A stretch of DNA of 63,901 nt, the filler included, from an uncultured Methanosarcinales archaeon (GTDB taxonomy: Archaea; Nanobdellota; Nanobdellia; Woesearchaeales; CAYSVS01): the NCBI GenBank assembly GCA_964434475.1. It is 3 parts of 3 records of this genome, joined end to end, with 100 filler letters (N's around TTAATTAATTAA, not from the genome) between each part and the next. Parts side by side here need not be neighbours in the genome. Positions count along the whole stretch, not along the records: positions 24,286 to 47,083 come from CAYSVS010000018.1; 2 more parts are not named here. The stretch is one strand, 5' to 3'. Below, piece after piece: positions 36,881 to 46,449 of the stretch. The position numbers were made by a program, and so were the translations under genes. Under the pieces are notes generated by a model. The model was not told the DNA's origin and made no database searches. It was given only the letters and a program-made list of their open reading frames with translations. How positions within the stretch are numbered: the stretch's first letter is position 1; the number at the start of each line of letters is the position of its first letter.

Positions 36881-39800
36881 TTAAGAATCCATTATTACGA
36901 AAGTTATATCATCCGTAAATTTTGAAGCATCATATACAGGGGTTAATAAATCTGAACTTTCCACAACTGTCTTAAATTCATCTACTGATCCGTATTTATC
37001 AGTACTCCACTTATACGCCTTGTTTAGCATTATGTTATGAACTTCTTTATTAGTATGTCCTTTACTAAAAAGATCAGATACTACTCCTGTTATTATATCA
37101 TCATCTAACCTGCCCAAAGTACTATGAGAAATATCTGTTATCCCATCAGTGTACATGAAAACCTTATCGCCTTTACCTAAAGTTAAAGCAACATCAGGTC
37201 CCTCAGTTATAGGAGTAGGAAATCCTAGTTTAGTGCTGCCCCCTTTGTCGATAAAAGAATAACTTCCATCTGGTTTGATAACTGATGTTTGCACCTCACC
37301 CATCCTTTTAAATTTCATAACTTTTGTTGATTTATCGTAATTTATCTCTCCAACAGAACAACCTGAAGAATACCAATCATCTAATTTATATATATCATCA
37401 TGTAACTGAACAAAACTCTTTCCTTCTTGAATACCTTTTTCAACTCTGTGTGAGGCTACTGCACCCGGAACACCGTGACCAGTTCCATCAAATACCTTAA
37501 CATTAATCACCTCTCCTTTCCTAGAATACATTATATTATCTCCTCCCGGAGTTATACCTTTCTTTATAAGATGAACCTGTTCAAGATCATCAGAATCAAT
37601 CTTTGAAACATATCCTAATACAATATCAGGATCCTGACTTGCTGCTTCAATGTTCATCAAGGTTGACTGCTCTGCTTGACGAGCAAACTCAATCCTTGCA
37701 TCTTTTCCATATAAATTAGCATAATTTTTAGCGATTCTTTCATTATTATGGATAGAATTTTTCAGATCGTCTATCTTTGTTTGCATCGAGATAAGATCGT
37801 CCCCTGAAGCAGAAGATAATTGCGTTTCAAGCTTAGTCAAGTCATCATCCAACAGTATATTCCTATTGTTTAATTTATTTATCCTTTCTTTCAGCCATCC
37901 AGATGTTTTGGTAGCAGGAATTCCTTGTTCATCAAGAACTGTTTTAGGTATCTCAATAGGCTTAAATTCTTTTATCACTCCTTTATCTCCTGCCTTTATT
38001 AAACCTACTGGTTTCTGTCCTATTTTTCCTTGTTGACGAAAAACAGCCATATCAACTCTTCTATAAATATCATCATAAGCATCCTGTTTAATCAAACCAT
38101 TTTTAACAGATTTACTCAATTCATCCATGTAATTTTGCATCTCCACAATTCCTTCAGCATTATCCTCTTTATTCATATAGGTTATTAACTCATCCACTTG
38201 TTTGTTTGCTGCTGAAGCAGTTTCATCAGACAATCCTACAACTTCAGAACCTTTGATAGTATCTATAGTTTCATCTCCTAAAGAAAATAATTTTGCCTGA
38301 CCTTTGTTTGCAGATAAAGAAGAATAATCATCAAGATTAAGTGTTACCTTATTAGGCAGAGTGTTTTTCAAGGATTCTACTACACGTCTGCTTGTATCTT
38401 TAAGACTTTCTACATTTGAAAAGAACCTTTCATTTATGTAGTTTGACTTTGCTTTTGACAAAGATTGAGAATAACCTGCTAATCTATTACCACCCATAAC
38501 AGGTTCTTGTACTGCTATCCCTGAAGTTCGTAAATCTCCAAGTACTGCGTTTAGATCATCCCAATATTTAGCTGCTAAAGCATTATCTCCAGCTTCTCCT
38601 GCAACTCTTATCTGTTTGACTAATTTTTCTCCTTTAGCGATAGCATTTAGATTCTTTGAACCTGGACCTATGTTCTGCAAAAAAAAAGAATCACCGGAAG
38701 TTAATCTATTTGTAACCTTACCCAGCGTGTTTCCGACAGGCTTCATCACTTTTGAAAAAGTTGGCAATAATTCATCTACAGTTCCAAAATTAAATCCTTT
38801 GCCCGCATTATAAAGATTCTTTACTCCATTACTTAAGGATGATGCGCCAGGTATCTTGCTCAATGTTCCACCTACTGCAGTCGTTATGGTTGTAAATTCA
38901 GGAGCTAATCCTAATCCTTTAAGTGCACTAAATCCCAAAGTGCCTATAGTCAATGGATCTCCTGCAAACATCTGCGATATTTCACCGTATTTGTCCAATG
39001 ATTCAGGACTTGCTTCTAGGCTTAACACCTTATAGTTTCCCTCAATCAAATTTTGGATAGAACTCTGGCTGCCAAGCGCTGCAGAAGTCAATGTTGTCAA
39101 TAAGCTGCCTGTTGTTAAATAATCTAACTTTTCTTGAGCTTTTTCACCATATTCTACTGATTTTGTAGCTAGCTCATAATGAGGTATAGCTAAAGCAGAA
39201 TCATACATATCTTCCATAAGATCGCCAATCTCGATGCTATACTTAGCAGTATCTATGTTTCCATTCTGGTATTGATCAGCAGACTGTTTCAAATAAGGAT
39301 GCTCTACTGCAGATTTTAAGTCATTGAATTTTTCAACATAAGTTTTTTCAGGAGACAATTCTCCTCCTCCTAAAAGATTAAACTTCTGCTCATTATCATT
39401 TGAATTCACAAAAGTTTGTATTTGATTAGGTGTCAAACCTTTATCCAACAAACCACTATATACTTCAAAACCATCAGCATATCTTTGAGCATCATTTAAT
39501 GCAGCCTCTGCTATAACAAGCTGATCCTCCTTAACTCCTAAAAGGTTAAATACATTTATTGACCTGAAAACTCCTGTTGCAATCTTGCCAGGAAGAGAAA
39601 CAGAACTTGGATCTGCTATAGATTCTGCATCTATCTTTTTCTCAGCATAGTTTTTTTGAGCAAATTTTAAATCGCGTTGTATCTTTACTAGATCCTTTCG
39701 AAATTGCTCTTTTGCCAGCTTATTTTTACTTTCTGATACAGTATCAAAATACAATGAATCTTCATCAATATTATTAAGATGTTCATAAACAGAAGCAACA

Positions 39801-42427
39801 TCTCCATACATAGACGCTTTTGCTAATTTATAGAATTCAACAACATCGTCGCTTCCTTCTATCTTGCTTGCTGTCTCTATAGATTTATCAAACTGAAGAG
39901 TATTTTTGTACGCTTCTGCCTTTAACTCAAATAATCTTCTGTCTATATGTTCTGCTAAAAGTTCACCCTCTACCATATTATTTCTTTCATCACTCAATAC
40001 TTGAGCGTAAGCTTGTTCGATAAGATCAGATGATTCCATCTGCAAAGATTCCATATTAGACATATGCTGGTCTAATTGTTCAACATAGCCAGCTATCTTC
40101 TCCTGACTCAAAGCAGCATCTCCATAAGGCACCATATCCCACCAAGCAGCCGCTTTTTCTAAGATGCCCAGGTTTCCTTCTGCAATCCTATTCGCATATT
40201 CCCTATTCTGTACACCGCCAATAAGGGAATTTAACTTATCTATCTCTTTTTGTTCAGCTTGTATCCTATCTGAATAAGATCTTATCTCATTCAATGTTTC
40301 AGCATCAACATTTCTAGAAACTATATCATCAGCAGCTTTCCTCAACAATATATCTTTTTCATATTTTTCATTTAAAGCAGCATATCTTGCTTCATCTAGA
40401 TATTGTTTTGGAGAATTCAATGAACCATAATCATTTATATTTTCATTTAATTTCATTGCCAGCTTTGGATTAGTATTCTCTAAAGACATCGCTAATTCTC
40501 TTGCTTCTTGATATTTTTCTTGCTCCAACAAATTATTAATCTCTTCATTAAGCGCAATCTCTGAATCAGAAGCAAATACTATTTCATTACCTCCATAGTA
40601 ATCTCCCAGATAGCTAATTATAGCGTTTCTTTCCCCATCACTATATCCAATAACGCCTGCTCTGTTTACATCCAAAAGATTATCGCCTTCAAGATTCAAC
40701 AAAGATAATCTGTTTTTCATAAGAACCTGAGCATCATTTTTTACATATTCACTTAACCTTGGAAAATCTTCAACAGACAATGAGATAAGATCATCATTGA
40801 AACCAAAGCTTAATGTATCTTTTTTCGCTATACCATTGCCAAGATTATATACTATGCCTTTTGTTATTGTTCCTGTTCCTTTCTCATACATATAATCCAC
40901 ATCGTTTTCCCTTCTGAAACTAAACTTACCCTCTTCAAGATGTGTCTTGAAATAATCAGCAACATCCTTATCGCCAAAAGAAAACTCAAAACCATGATTC
41001 ATATTAGCCTCTTCAGCCACGGCATTTATTACAACATTCCCTGAATTATATTCATAATCAAGATTGTTCCCATATGATTTTGAAAAAGAATCAAAATTAC
41101 CCTGCGAAACATCAAACTTGCCCCTCATGCTTAAAGTACCATCTTTCTCATACACAAAATTCTTAAGAGGCTTGTACTTCTCAAAAGGCAGCCTATCTTC
41201 AGATATATGCAAAGGAGAATCTATATCTACTGGTTTTGCTATAGTACCAGTAACATGGTTCTGGTAAGATGTTATTCCATCTTGATTGAATAAGGTATAA
41301 ACATTGTTTGTTCTCCTGAATGTTCCTGATAATGTCTTGTGTTCATCAACAGCATCATCTAACTGTCTTAATATCCCAACAACAGTATTCTTTGCATCAA
41401 AATTTCCTTTATTGTCAAAAGCAAATCTTCCTTCATAGCTTTTTTTAGTATAACTAGTTCCTGCAAGGTTGATATCAGCCCATACATCTCCTTCCATAAT
41501 CCTTCTAAAAGAATTAATCTGGACAACTGACTTCAAAGAAGCATCAATTGGAAGCTCATCGCTTGAGATATCAAGAACTAAAGGATTTATTGAGGACTTA
41601 TACAAATTATTACCTTCAAAAACTTCCATACCTTGAATATTGGTTATCCTTGTCCTATCTGAAAGAACATCAATCTCAAAATCACCTGATGCTGATATTT
41701 TTCCATAATAATTGCCTTGAGATATTGAATATGAGCAAGATTTGGCATCAATAGTATTTCCAAAAACATCAATAATCCCTTCATCATCTGCATTTATGTC
41801 TATAACTTTTCCAAGATTAACATCATAGAACTTAAGATAAGCATCTTTACCAGATATAGTATATGAACCATCTGGTCTGATCATAATATCTCCGTTAAAC
41901 TCATTGCCTGCAATATTTCCAAAGCCCGATGAAATCAGATTATTATCCTGATCAACAAAAATATCTCCAATAAGGTCAAAAGACTTTTGTTCAATAACTA
42001 CCCTAAATCCGCCTTCCTTAAGCGCAACAATACCTGTTATATCATTCCTTTGTTTTATGTCTTCTATGCTTATAGTATTTCCATCTCCATTCGTAAGTAT
42101 TTTAGTATCAGGATTGTAATCTACTTTAGATACAGAACTAAAATCAAGATCAGGGGTTATTCCCAAATACTTTTTGAACTGTTCATAATACTTAGCTACA
42201 TTCTCGCTATCTTGTGCATAAAAAGAGTCAAGTTTTTCCATATTAGCAGGATTTGACAACTGCTCATCGCTTAAAGTTGTAATAGAATCAGAATTATCTA
42301 TTATGTTTTGCCATTGGCTGTCAGATATTTCTGAATCATCATTTGGAGCGATTATATTAAAGGAAAGCATAATCACTAATAAAAATAATACAAACATCCT
42401 TCTCTTTATACTTTTTTCAATCCTCAT
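36881..42427 (-). CDS. Giant secreted protein (1848 aa) with TPR-like helical region and C-terminal SpoIIE/PP2C-type phosphatase domain
   Basis: N-terminal signal peptide; C-terminal motifs VFDGTGHGVPGA, GDKVFMYTDGITD, DDITFVIM. Confidence 0.8.
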   Translation of the reverse strand: MRIEKSIKRRMFVLFLLVIMLSFNIIAPNDDSEISDSQWQNIIDNSDSITTLSDEQLSNPANMEKLDSFYAQDSENVAKYYEQFKKYLGITPDLDFSSVSKVDYNPDTKILTNGDGNTISIEDIKQRNDITGIVALKEGGFRVVIEQKSFDLIGDIFVDQDNNLISSGFGNIAGNEFNGDIMIRPDGSYTISGKDAYLKFYDVNLGKVIDINADDEGIIDVFGNTIDAKSCSYSISQGNYYGKISASGDFEIDVLSDRTRITNIQGMEVFEGNNLYKSSINPLVLDISSDELPIDASLKSVVQINSFRRIMEGDVWADINLAGTSYTKKSYEGRFAFDNKGNFDAKNTVVGILRQLDDAVDEHKTLSGTFRRTNNVYTLFNQDGITSYQNHVTGTIAKPVDIDSPLHISEDRLPFEKYKPLKNFVYEKDGTLSMRGKFDVSQGNFDSFSKSYGNNLDYEYNSGNVVINAVAEEANMNHGFEFSFGDKDVADYFKTHLEEGKFSFRRENDVDYMYEKGTGTITKGIVYNLGNGIAKKDTLSFGFNDDLISLSVEDFPRLSEYVKNDAQVLMKNRLSLLNLEGDNLLDVNRAGVIGYSDGERNAIISYLGDYYGGNEIVFASDSEIALNEEINNLLEQEKYQEARELAMSLENTNPKLAMKLNENINDYGSLNSPKQYLDEARYAALNEKYEKDILLRKAADDIVSRNVDAETLNEIRSYSDRIQAEQKEIDKLNSLIGGVQNREYANRIAEGNLGILEKAAAWWDMVPYGDAALSQEKIAGYVEQLDQHMSNMESLQMESSDLIEQAYAQVLSDERNNMVEGELLAEHIDRRLFELKAEAYKNTLQFDKSIETASKIEGSDDVVEFYKLAKASMYGDVASVYEHLNNIDEDSLYFDTVSESKNKLAKEQFRKDLVKIQRDLKFAQKNYAEKKIDAESIADPSSVSLPGKIATGVFRSINVFNLLGVKEDQLVIAEAALNDAQRYADGFEVYSGLLDKGLTPNQIQTFVNSNDNEQKFNLLGGGELSPEKTYVEKFNDLKSAVEHPYLKQSADQYQNGNIDTAKYSIEIGDLMEDMYDSALAIPHYELATKSVEYGEKAQEKLDYLTTGSLLTTLTSAALGSQSSIQNLIEGNYKVLSLEASPESLDKYGEISQMFAGDPLTIGTLGFSALKGLGLAPEFTTITTAVGGTLSKIPGASSLSNGVKNLYNAGKGFNFGTVDELLPTFSKVMKPVGNTLGKVTNRLTSGDSFFLQNIGPGSKNLNAIAKGEKLVKQIRVAGEAGDNALAAKYWDDLNAVLGDLRTSGIAVQEPVMGGNRLAGYSQSLSKAKSNYINERFFSNVESLKDTSRRVVESLKNTLPNKVTLNLDDYSSLSANKGQAKLFSLGDETIDTIKGSEVVGLSDETASAANKQVDELITYMNKEDNAEGIVEMQNYMDELSKSVKNGLIKQDAYDDIYRRVDMAVFRQQGKIGQKPVGLIKAGDKGVIKEFKPIEIPKTVLDEQGIPATKTSGWLKERINKLNNRNILLDDDLTKLETQLSSASGDDLISMQTKIDDLKNSIHNNERIAKNYANLYGKDARIEFARQAEQSTLMNIEAASQDPDIVLGYVSKIDSDDLEQVHLIKKGITPGGDNIMYSRKGEVINVKVFDGTGHGVPGAVASHRVEKGIQEGKSFVQLHDDIYKLDDWYSSGCSVGEINYDKSTKVMKFKRMGEVQTSVIKPDGSYSFIDKGGSTKLGFPTPITEGPDVALTLGKGDKVFMYTDGITDISHSTLGRLDDDIITGVVSDLFSKGHTNKEVHNIMLNKAYKWSTDKYGSVDEFKTVVESSDLLTPVYDASKFTDDITFVIMDS

Positions 42428-43461
42428 TCCACAACAAACCTCACATCAACTGAATCAACAGCTCTTTTTTCGTCAACTACACTGATAGTGGTTTCATATT
42501 CTCCAGGAGAATCAAATCTTTTGGATATCAATCCAGTATCCTCATCAATAGGAATATAATCATTTGATGATTGAAAAAATAATCTATCAAGATCATCATC
42601 AGATGCTAAGACATTATACTCAAAAACAGTGCCAGAAGTAATCTTAAAATCAGGCAATGGCTCAAGCAGAGGTCTTGAGTTTGGCTGTGTTTTTTTAACA
42701 AAACTGAAAATATAAGGCTCATGGAACATGTCTGAGTAAGGATCAACGATTGAGTAAAGTATAGTCCTTTTATCGAAAGGCACTATCATAACATCATAAC
42801 CAAGAACAGTAAATCCAGTTAATGAAACAGAATTTTCAATATCCATATTATTCAGCACATCATCAACTATCTTTCCTAGTCTTACAGGAACTGCAACTAT
42901 GAATCTGTCTATATTTGTTTTAGTGTTGCCAGAACTCGCACTTATTTCATAATCAAGCTCAACTACAACTTCTTCTGGATTTATCAAAGTTTCAACAACC
43001 ATATCTTTTGCTTCAACATTTATTCCTTTTCTTTTGAATACAGAAAAATCATCCAAGCAAAGTCCAATATTTTCTTCAATATATCTATTTATACCCTTCT
43101 GCATAAAATTCATATTAAAAAAAGTATTACTGTCATCCACTATACCATAATCCCTATATTTAGTAGAATATACCATAAGAGAATTTTCAGCAGAGTATAA
43201 TATGCCTCCTCTTTGACCTAATAGATACACTGCATCTTCTGTTGTTTGTTTTAAACATGAACTTACAAAAGAATACAACCCTAAAGAATCATCAGAAATC
43301 TTGATTGAGGATCCAATATCTTCATCTACAGAAAGATTGATTATCAACAAAATGACAGAAGAAAATAGAAGCATAAGTATCGCTACTATTATAAATATAC
43401 TTATCTGCGCTTTTTTATTCTTATCTTTATTAATCATATTAATAATCACACAATTATTCAT
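42424..43461 (-). CDS. Class III signal peptide, pilin-like protein (paralog 3) with C-terminal cadherin/Ig-like domain
   Basis: KNKKA/QISIFIIVAILML; FVSSCLKQ...LGQRGG; CLDDF..FKRKG; PVRL; C-terminal N.RP.L...F.Y.V.ASD.D.D.L.F...ID..TG.I......G.Y..TI.V.D. Confidence 0.78.
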   Translation of the reverse strand: MNNCVIINMINKDKNKKAQISIFIIVAILMLLFSSVILLIINLSVDEDIGSSIKISDDSLGLYSFVSSCLKQTTEDAVYLLGQRGGILYSAENSLMVYSTKYRDYGIVDDSNTFFNMNFMQKGINRYIEENIGLCLDDFSVFKRKGINVEAKDMVVETLINPEEVVVELDYEISASSGNTKTNIDRFIVAVPVRLGKIVDDVLNNMDIENSVSLTGFTVLGYDVMIVPFDKRTILYSIVDPYSDMFHEPYIFSFVKKTQPNSRPLLEPLPDFKITSGTVFEYNVLASDDDLDRLFFQSSNDYIPIDEDTGLISKRFDSPGEYETTISVVDEKRAVDSVDVRFVVE

Positions 43462-43501
43462 TTAATTATTCAATTAATTTTTATAAAACAGCAATCCTAA
43501 C

Positions 43502-43630
43502 TCATACCTTAAATCTGCTAAAATCATAGCTCAATGCTTTTATCCTTTGCACTTCTTTTATATTCTTAATCTGCTCTACGCTTATCTTCTGATTAAGCTG
43601 TCTTGCTTTCTCAAAATTCGTTAAATTCAT
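43502..43630 (-). CDS. 42-aa micro-ORF coupled to the AbrB gene
   Basis: MNLTNFEKARQLNQKISVEQIKNIKEVQRIKALSYDFSRFKV; strong SD AGGAGG; ATGA overlap. Confidence 0.55.
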   Translation of the reverse strand: MNLTNFEKARQLNQKISVEQIKNIKEVQRIKALSYDFSRFKV

Positions 43631-43791
43631 CTTTTATCTCCTCCTTTATCTAGAACCAATCTTCCTTTTTCATCAAAGGAAAAATTCAGAACATCGCCTT
43701 TTTTCCAGCCTTTGGCTTCAACAATACTTTTAGGTAATGTTATTGTGTATTGTTTCTTGTTTGGAAACTGTAGTCTTGATCTTGCTGCCAT
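43627..43791 (-). CDS. AbrB/MazE/SpoVT family DNA-binding protein (54 aa, missing from the ORF track)
   Basis: MAARSRLQFPNKKQYTITLPKSIVEAKGWKKGDVLNFSFDEKGRLVLDK: ITLPK.I....GW..GD.L swapped-hairpin signature. Confidence 0.85.
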   Translation of the reverse strand: MAARSRLQFPNKKQYTITLPKSIVEAKGWKKGDVLNFSFDEKGRLVLDKGGDKR

Positions 43792-43979
43792 TTATGTTCG
43801 CTCCACATTATATATAATTATAATAATATTAATAGTATTACTTATATATATACTTTTTGTTTTTCATTTAATTCTTAATATATGTATTTTTAATAATATT
43901 AATATTTATACTAATATATATATATTTTTCTATTATTACAATCCAAATATTTATAAATCAAAATCAAATCCTATGAAAT

Positions 43980-44783
43980 ATGCAAAACAAAATACAGAAT
44001 TTGCTTAAAGAATACACAAAACACGACCATATTAAATTGACAAGCAGAGGAAATATGTCAATATTTTTAGCTATGTATATGGCAAAAAAAGAAAATTCCA
44101 AACCTTATTTCCTCATACCTGATCAAGGAGGATGGCTAACATACAAAACTTATCCAAAGATATTCAACTTCAACATTAAAGAACTCAAGACAGATAAAGG
44201 CATAATAGACTTAGAAGAACTTAAACAAGTCGCAAGAAAATGTTCCGCATTACTTTACTCAAATCCTGCAGGATATTTTGCTGAACAGCCAGCAAAAGAA
44301 ATATATGAGATTTGTAAAGAAGAAGAATGCTTAGTAATAATGGATGTTTCAGGATCTATAGGCAACGAGATATGCAATGGAGAATATGCAGATTTTATGG
44401 TAGGAAGCTTTGGAAGATGGAAACCTGTGAATGTAGAATATGGAGGTTTCATAAGCGCAAAAGAACAATGGCCAGATAAAAACATATTCTCACTTTACAG
44501 AAGCTGCGACGAGAAACTGCAGCAAATATATGAAAAACTAAAAGAAGCTCCTGAAAAGATCAATTCATTTATGCAAAAAGCTGAAAAGATTAAACAAGAC
44601 CTCAATGAACTTGAAATCATCCATAAAGATAAGAAAGGGATCAATGTTGTTGTTGCATATAAGACTGATTTTGAAAAGACAAAAATAATAGAATATTGTG
44701 AAAAAAATAATCTAGAATACACTGAATGCCCTAGATACATAAGGGTAGAAGAGCCGGCAATAAGCATAGAAATAAAGAGATAA
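43980..44783 (+). CDS. PLP-dependent transferase-like protein (DegT/DnrJ-like fold, short)
   Basis: TSRGN, IMDVSGSIG, GSFGRWKP...YGGFI. Confidence 0.6.
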   Translation: MQNKIQNLLKEYTKHDHIKLTSRGNMSIFLAMYMAKKENSKPYFLIPDQGGWLTYKTYPKIFNFNIKELKTDKGIIDLEELKQVARKCSALLYSNPAGYFAEQPAKEIYEICKEEECLVIMDVSGSIGNEICNGEYADFMVGSFGRWKPVNVEYGGFISAKEQWPDKNIFSLYRSCDEKLQQIYEKLKEAPEKINSFMQKAEKIKQDLNELEIIHKDKKGINVVVAYKTDFEKTKIIEYCEKNNLEYTECPRYIRVEEPAISIEIKR

Positions 44784-44817
44784 TCTCAGCGTAATTAGGA
44801 ATAATCTATCATCTAAA

Positions 44818-45297
44818 ATGAATCAAGATACAAAAAAAGGAAGATTGAAATTATTGAACAAGATACAAGACAGTAAGATTAAAATAAATGATAAGCTAAC
44901 AGAAAGAAAGCTGATACTATTACACAATCTAAAAAATAAAAAGCTAATCCTAGACAATAAAAAAAACATCATCAAATATAAGCTAAAAGAAAAAAAGCAA
45001 AAATTCCTAGAAAAAGTAAAAAAAAGAAAAACAGACATGAAACTGTTCTACTACGGATTATACCTCGCAAGTTCCAGGTATGCAATAAGCACATTGGCTT
45101 ATTTTTACGTTATATTTCATTTCAGAAGCGGTTATTATATGACATTAGGCATAACAATATACTTGTTAAGCTGGATACTTTTGATCATCGGTTTATATAT
45201 AGCAGGCAAAAGTTATTTATTTAAGAAAATAATTCTTATATTATTTGGAAACAAAGAGGTGAAAAAATATGGTTACAGAGCCAGAATCAATGGATGA
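44818..45297 (+). CDS. Hypothetical membrane protein with basic N-terminus
   Basis: Lys-rich N-half and two TM helices. Confidence 0.5.
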   Translation: MNQDTKKGRLKLLNKIQDSKIKINDKLTERKLILLHNLKNKKLILDNKKNIIKYKLKEKKQKFLEKVKKRKTDMKLFYYGLYLASSRYAISTLAYFYVIFHFRSGYYMTLGITIYLLSWILLIIGLYIAGKSYLFKKIILILFGNKEVKKYGYRARING

Positions 45298-45685
45298 ATT
45301 GATATATCATACTTTAAGAGTATTGCCTAACAATGGCATGATAAGAGTTTGGGTTTACAAAAAAAAATGTCCTGAATGCGGAAAAGCTAAGATGGGCAAG
45401 CCTAAAAATCCAAAAACAGGCAAACCAAAGATAAGAGCAAAAGAATATGTTTGTCCAGAATGCAATTATACAACAGAAAAGAAAGAGTACGAAGATACAT
45501 TGGAAGCAGAAGCGAAATACAAATGCCCTGAGTGCGGAAAAGAAGGCGAATGGCATGGACCTTACAAAAGAAAGATGATCCAGGGAGCTCCAACATTAAG
45601 AGTTGTCTGTGAACACTGTGGCGCAAACATCGACGTGACAAAAAAGTTCAAGGAAAAGAAGAAAAAAAAGAAGAAGAAAAAATGA
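45269..45685 (+). CDS. Multi-zinc-ribbon protein
   Basis: Four CxxC motifs (CPEC x3, CEHC); SD GAGGTGA; poly-Lys tail. Confidence 0.8.
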   Translation: MVTEPESMDELIYHTLRVLPNNGMIRVWVYKKKCPECGKAKMGKPKNPKTGKPKIRAKEYVCPECNYTTEKKEYEDTLEAEAKYKCPECGKEGEWHGPYKRKMIQGAPTLRVVCEHCGANIDVTKKFKEKKKKKKKKK

Positions 45686-45761
45686 TTTTTCAGAGTACTG
45701 TTGAGCGTTAGCGAAACATACTTGTTTTCGCCAACGTTTTATTAAAAAGTTAAAAGACAAA

Positions 45762-46154
45762 ATGAAAATCCCACAACAAATACAAGAAGTCATCGAAAAA
45801 CAAGAATTGTATACTCTTTCAACAGCTTCAAAAGAAGGTATTCCTAACGAAATATATGTTAAGTTTCTGAAAGTATATAACGAGTATCAAATATTGATAG
45901 CAAACAATAAGTTCTTCAAGACAGAGAAAAACCTTCTTGATAATCCTAAACTCGCGTTTGTTGTTTGGGATAAAGAGCAAAAAAAAGCATACCAAATAAA
46001 AGGAACTGCGGAGATACACAAAGAAGGCAAAATTTTTGAGGATACTGTAAATTGGGTAGAAGATTTAAGATCTGCCCCTACAATATACCCAAAATCAGCA
46101 GTGATCGTAAATGTTGAAGAGATATATTGCGGAGCAGAAAGAATTGAAGAATAG
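45762..46154 (+). CDS. Pyridoxamine 5'-phosphate oxidase-like FMN-binding protein
   Basis: LSTASKEGIPN, KT.KNL.DNP, YQIKG.A, V.VEEIY. Confidence 0.85.
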   Translation: MKIPQQIQEVIEKQELYTLSTASKEGIPNEIYVKFLKVYNEYQILIANNKFFKTEKNLLDNPKLAFVVWDKEQKKAYQIKGTAEIHKEGKIFEDTVNWVEDLRSAPTIYPKSAVIVNVEEIYCGAERIEE

Positions 46155-46246
46155 AAATCTACATCTAGAAAACATATTAGCAGGAACTTATATTGCAGCA
46201 AGTTGTAGCCATATTATCTAATCAACCCATAATTTCAAGTTTATGA
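46153..46246 (+). pseudogene. Degenerate 3' fragment of a paralog of 46450-46950
   Basis: Nucleotide similarity to 46855-46950 (TATTAGCAGGA..TATATTGCAGCA...ATATTATC.AAT). Confidence 0.65.
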
Positions 46247-46449
46247 CTTTTTTTTATTTTTACTATTTCTCTAATTCTTTTTCAGATTTTTTTTATTTTC
46301 TGCTTAGAGTTTTTGCTTTTATTCATTTTCCTTTTTTCATCTCTTATTTCAATAACAGAACAGTTCTTATTTGAAAAAAAATATTTATAACTGCCCAGTA
46401 ACTAAAACCCATTAGCTTTATAAATGTTATTCATCTAACAGATATTAAA

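Noticed and set aside
43712..44008. 98-aa Ile/Tyr-rich plus-strand ORF
   Set aside because: Artefact of AT-rich intergenic DNA; overlaps the AbrB gene on the other strand.
45704..45740. Imperfect hairpin CGTTAGCGAAACA...TGTTTTCGCCAACG
   Set aside because: Single copy after a stop codon; at most a terminator-like structure.
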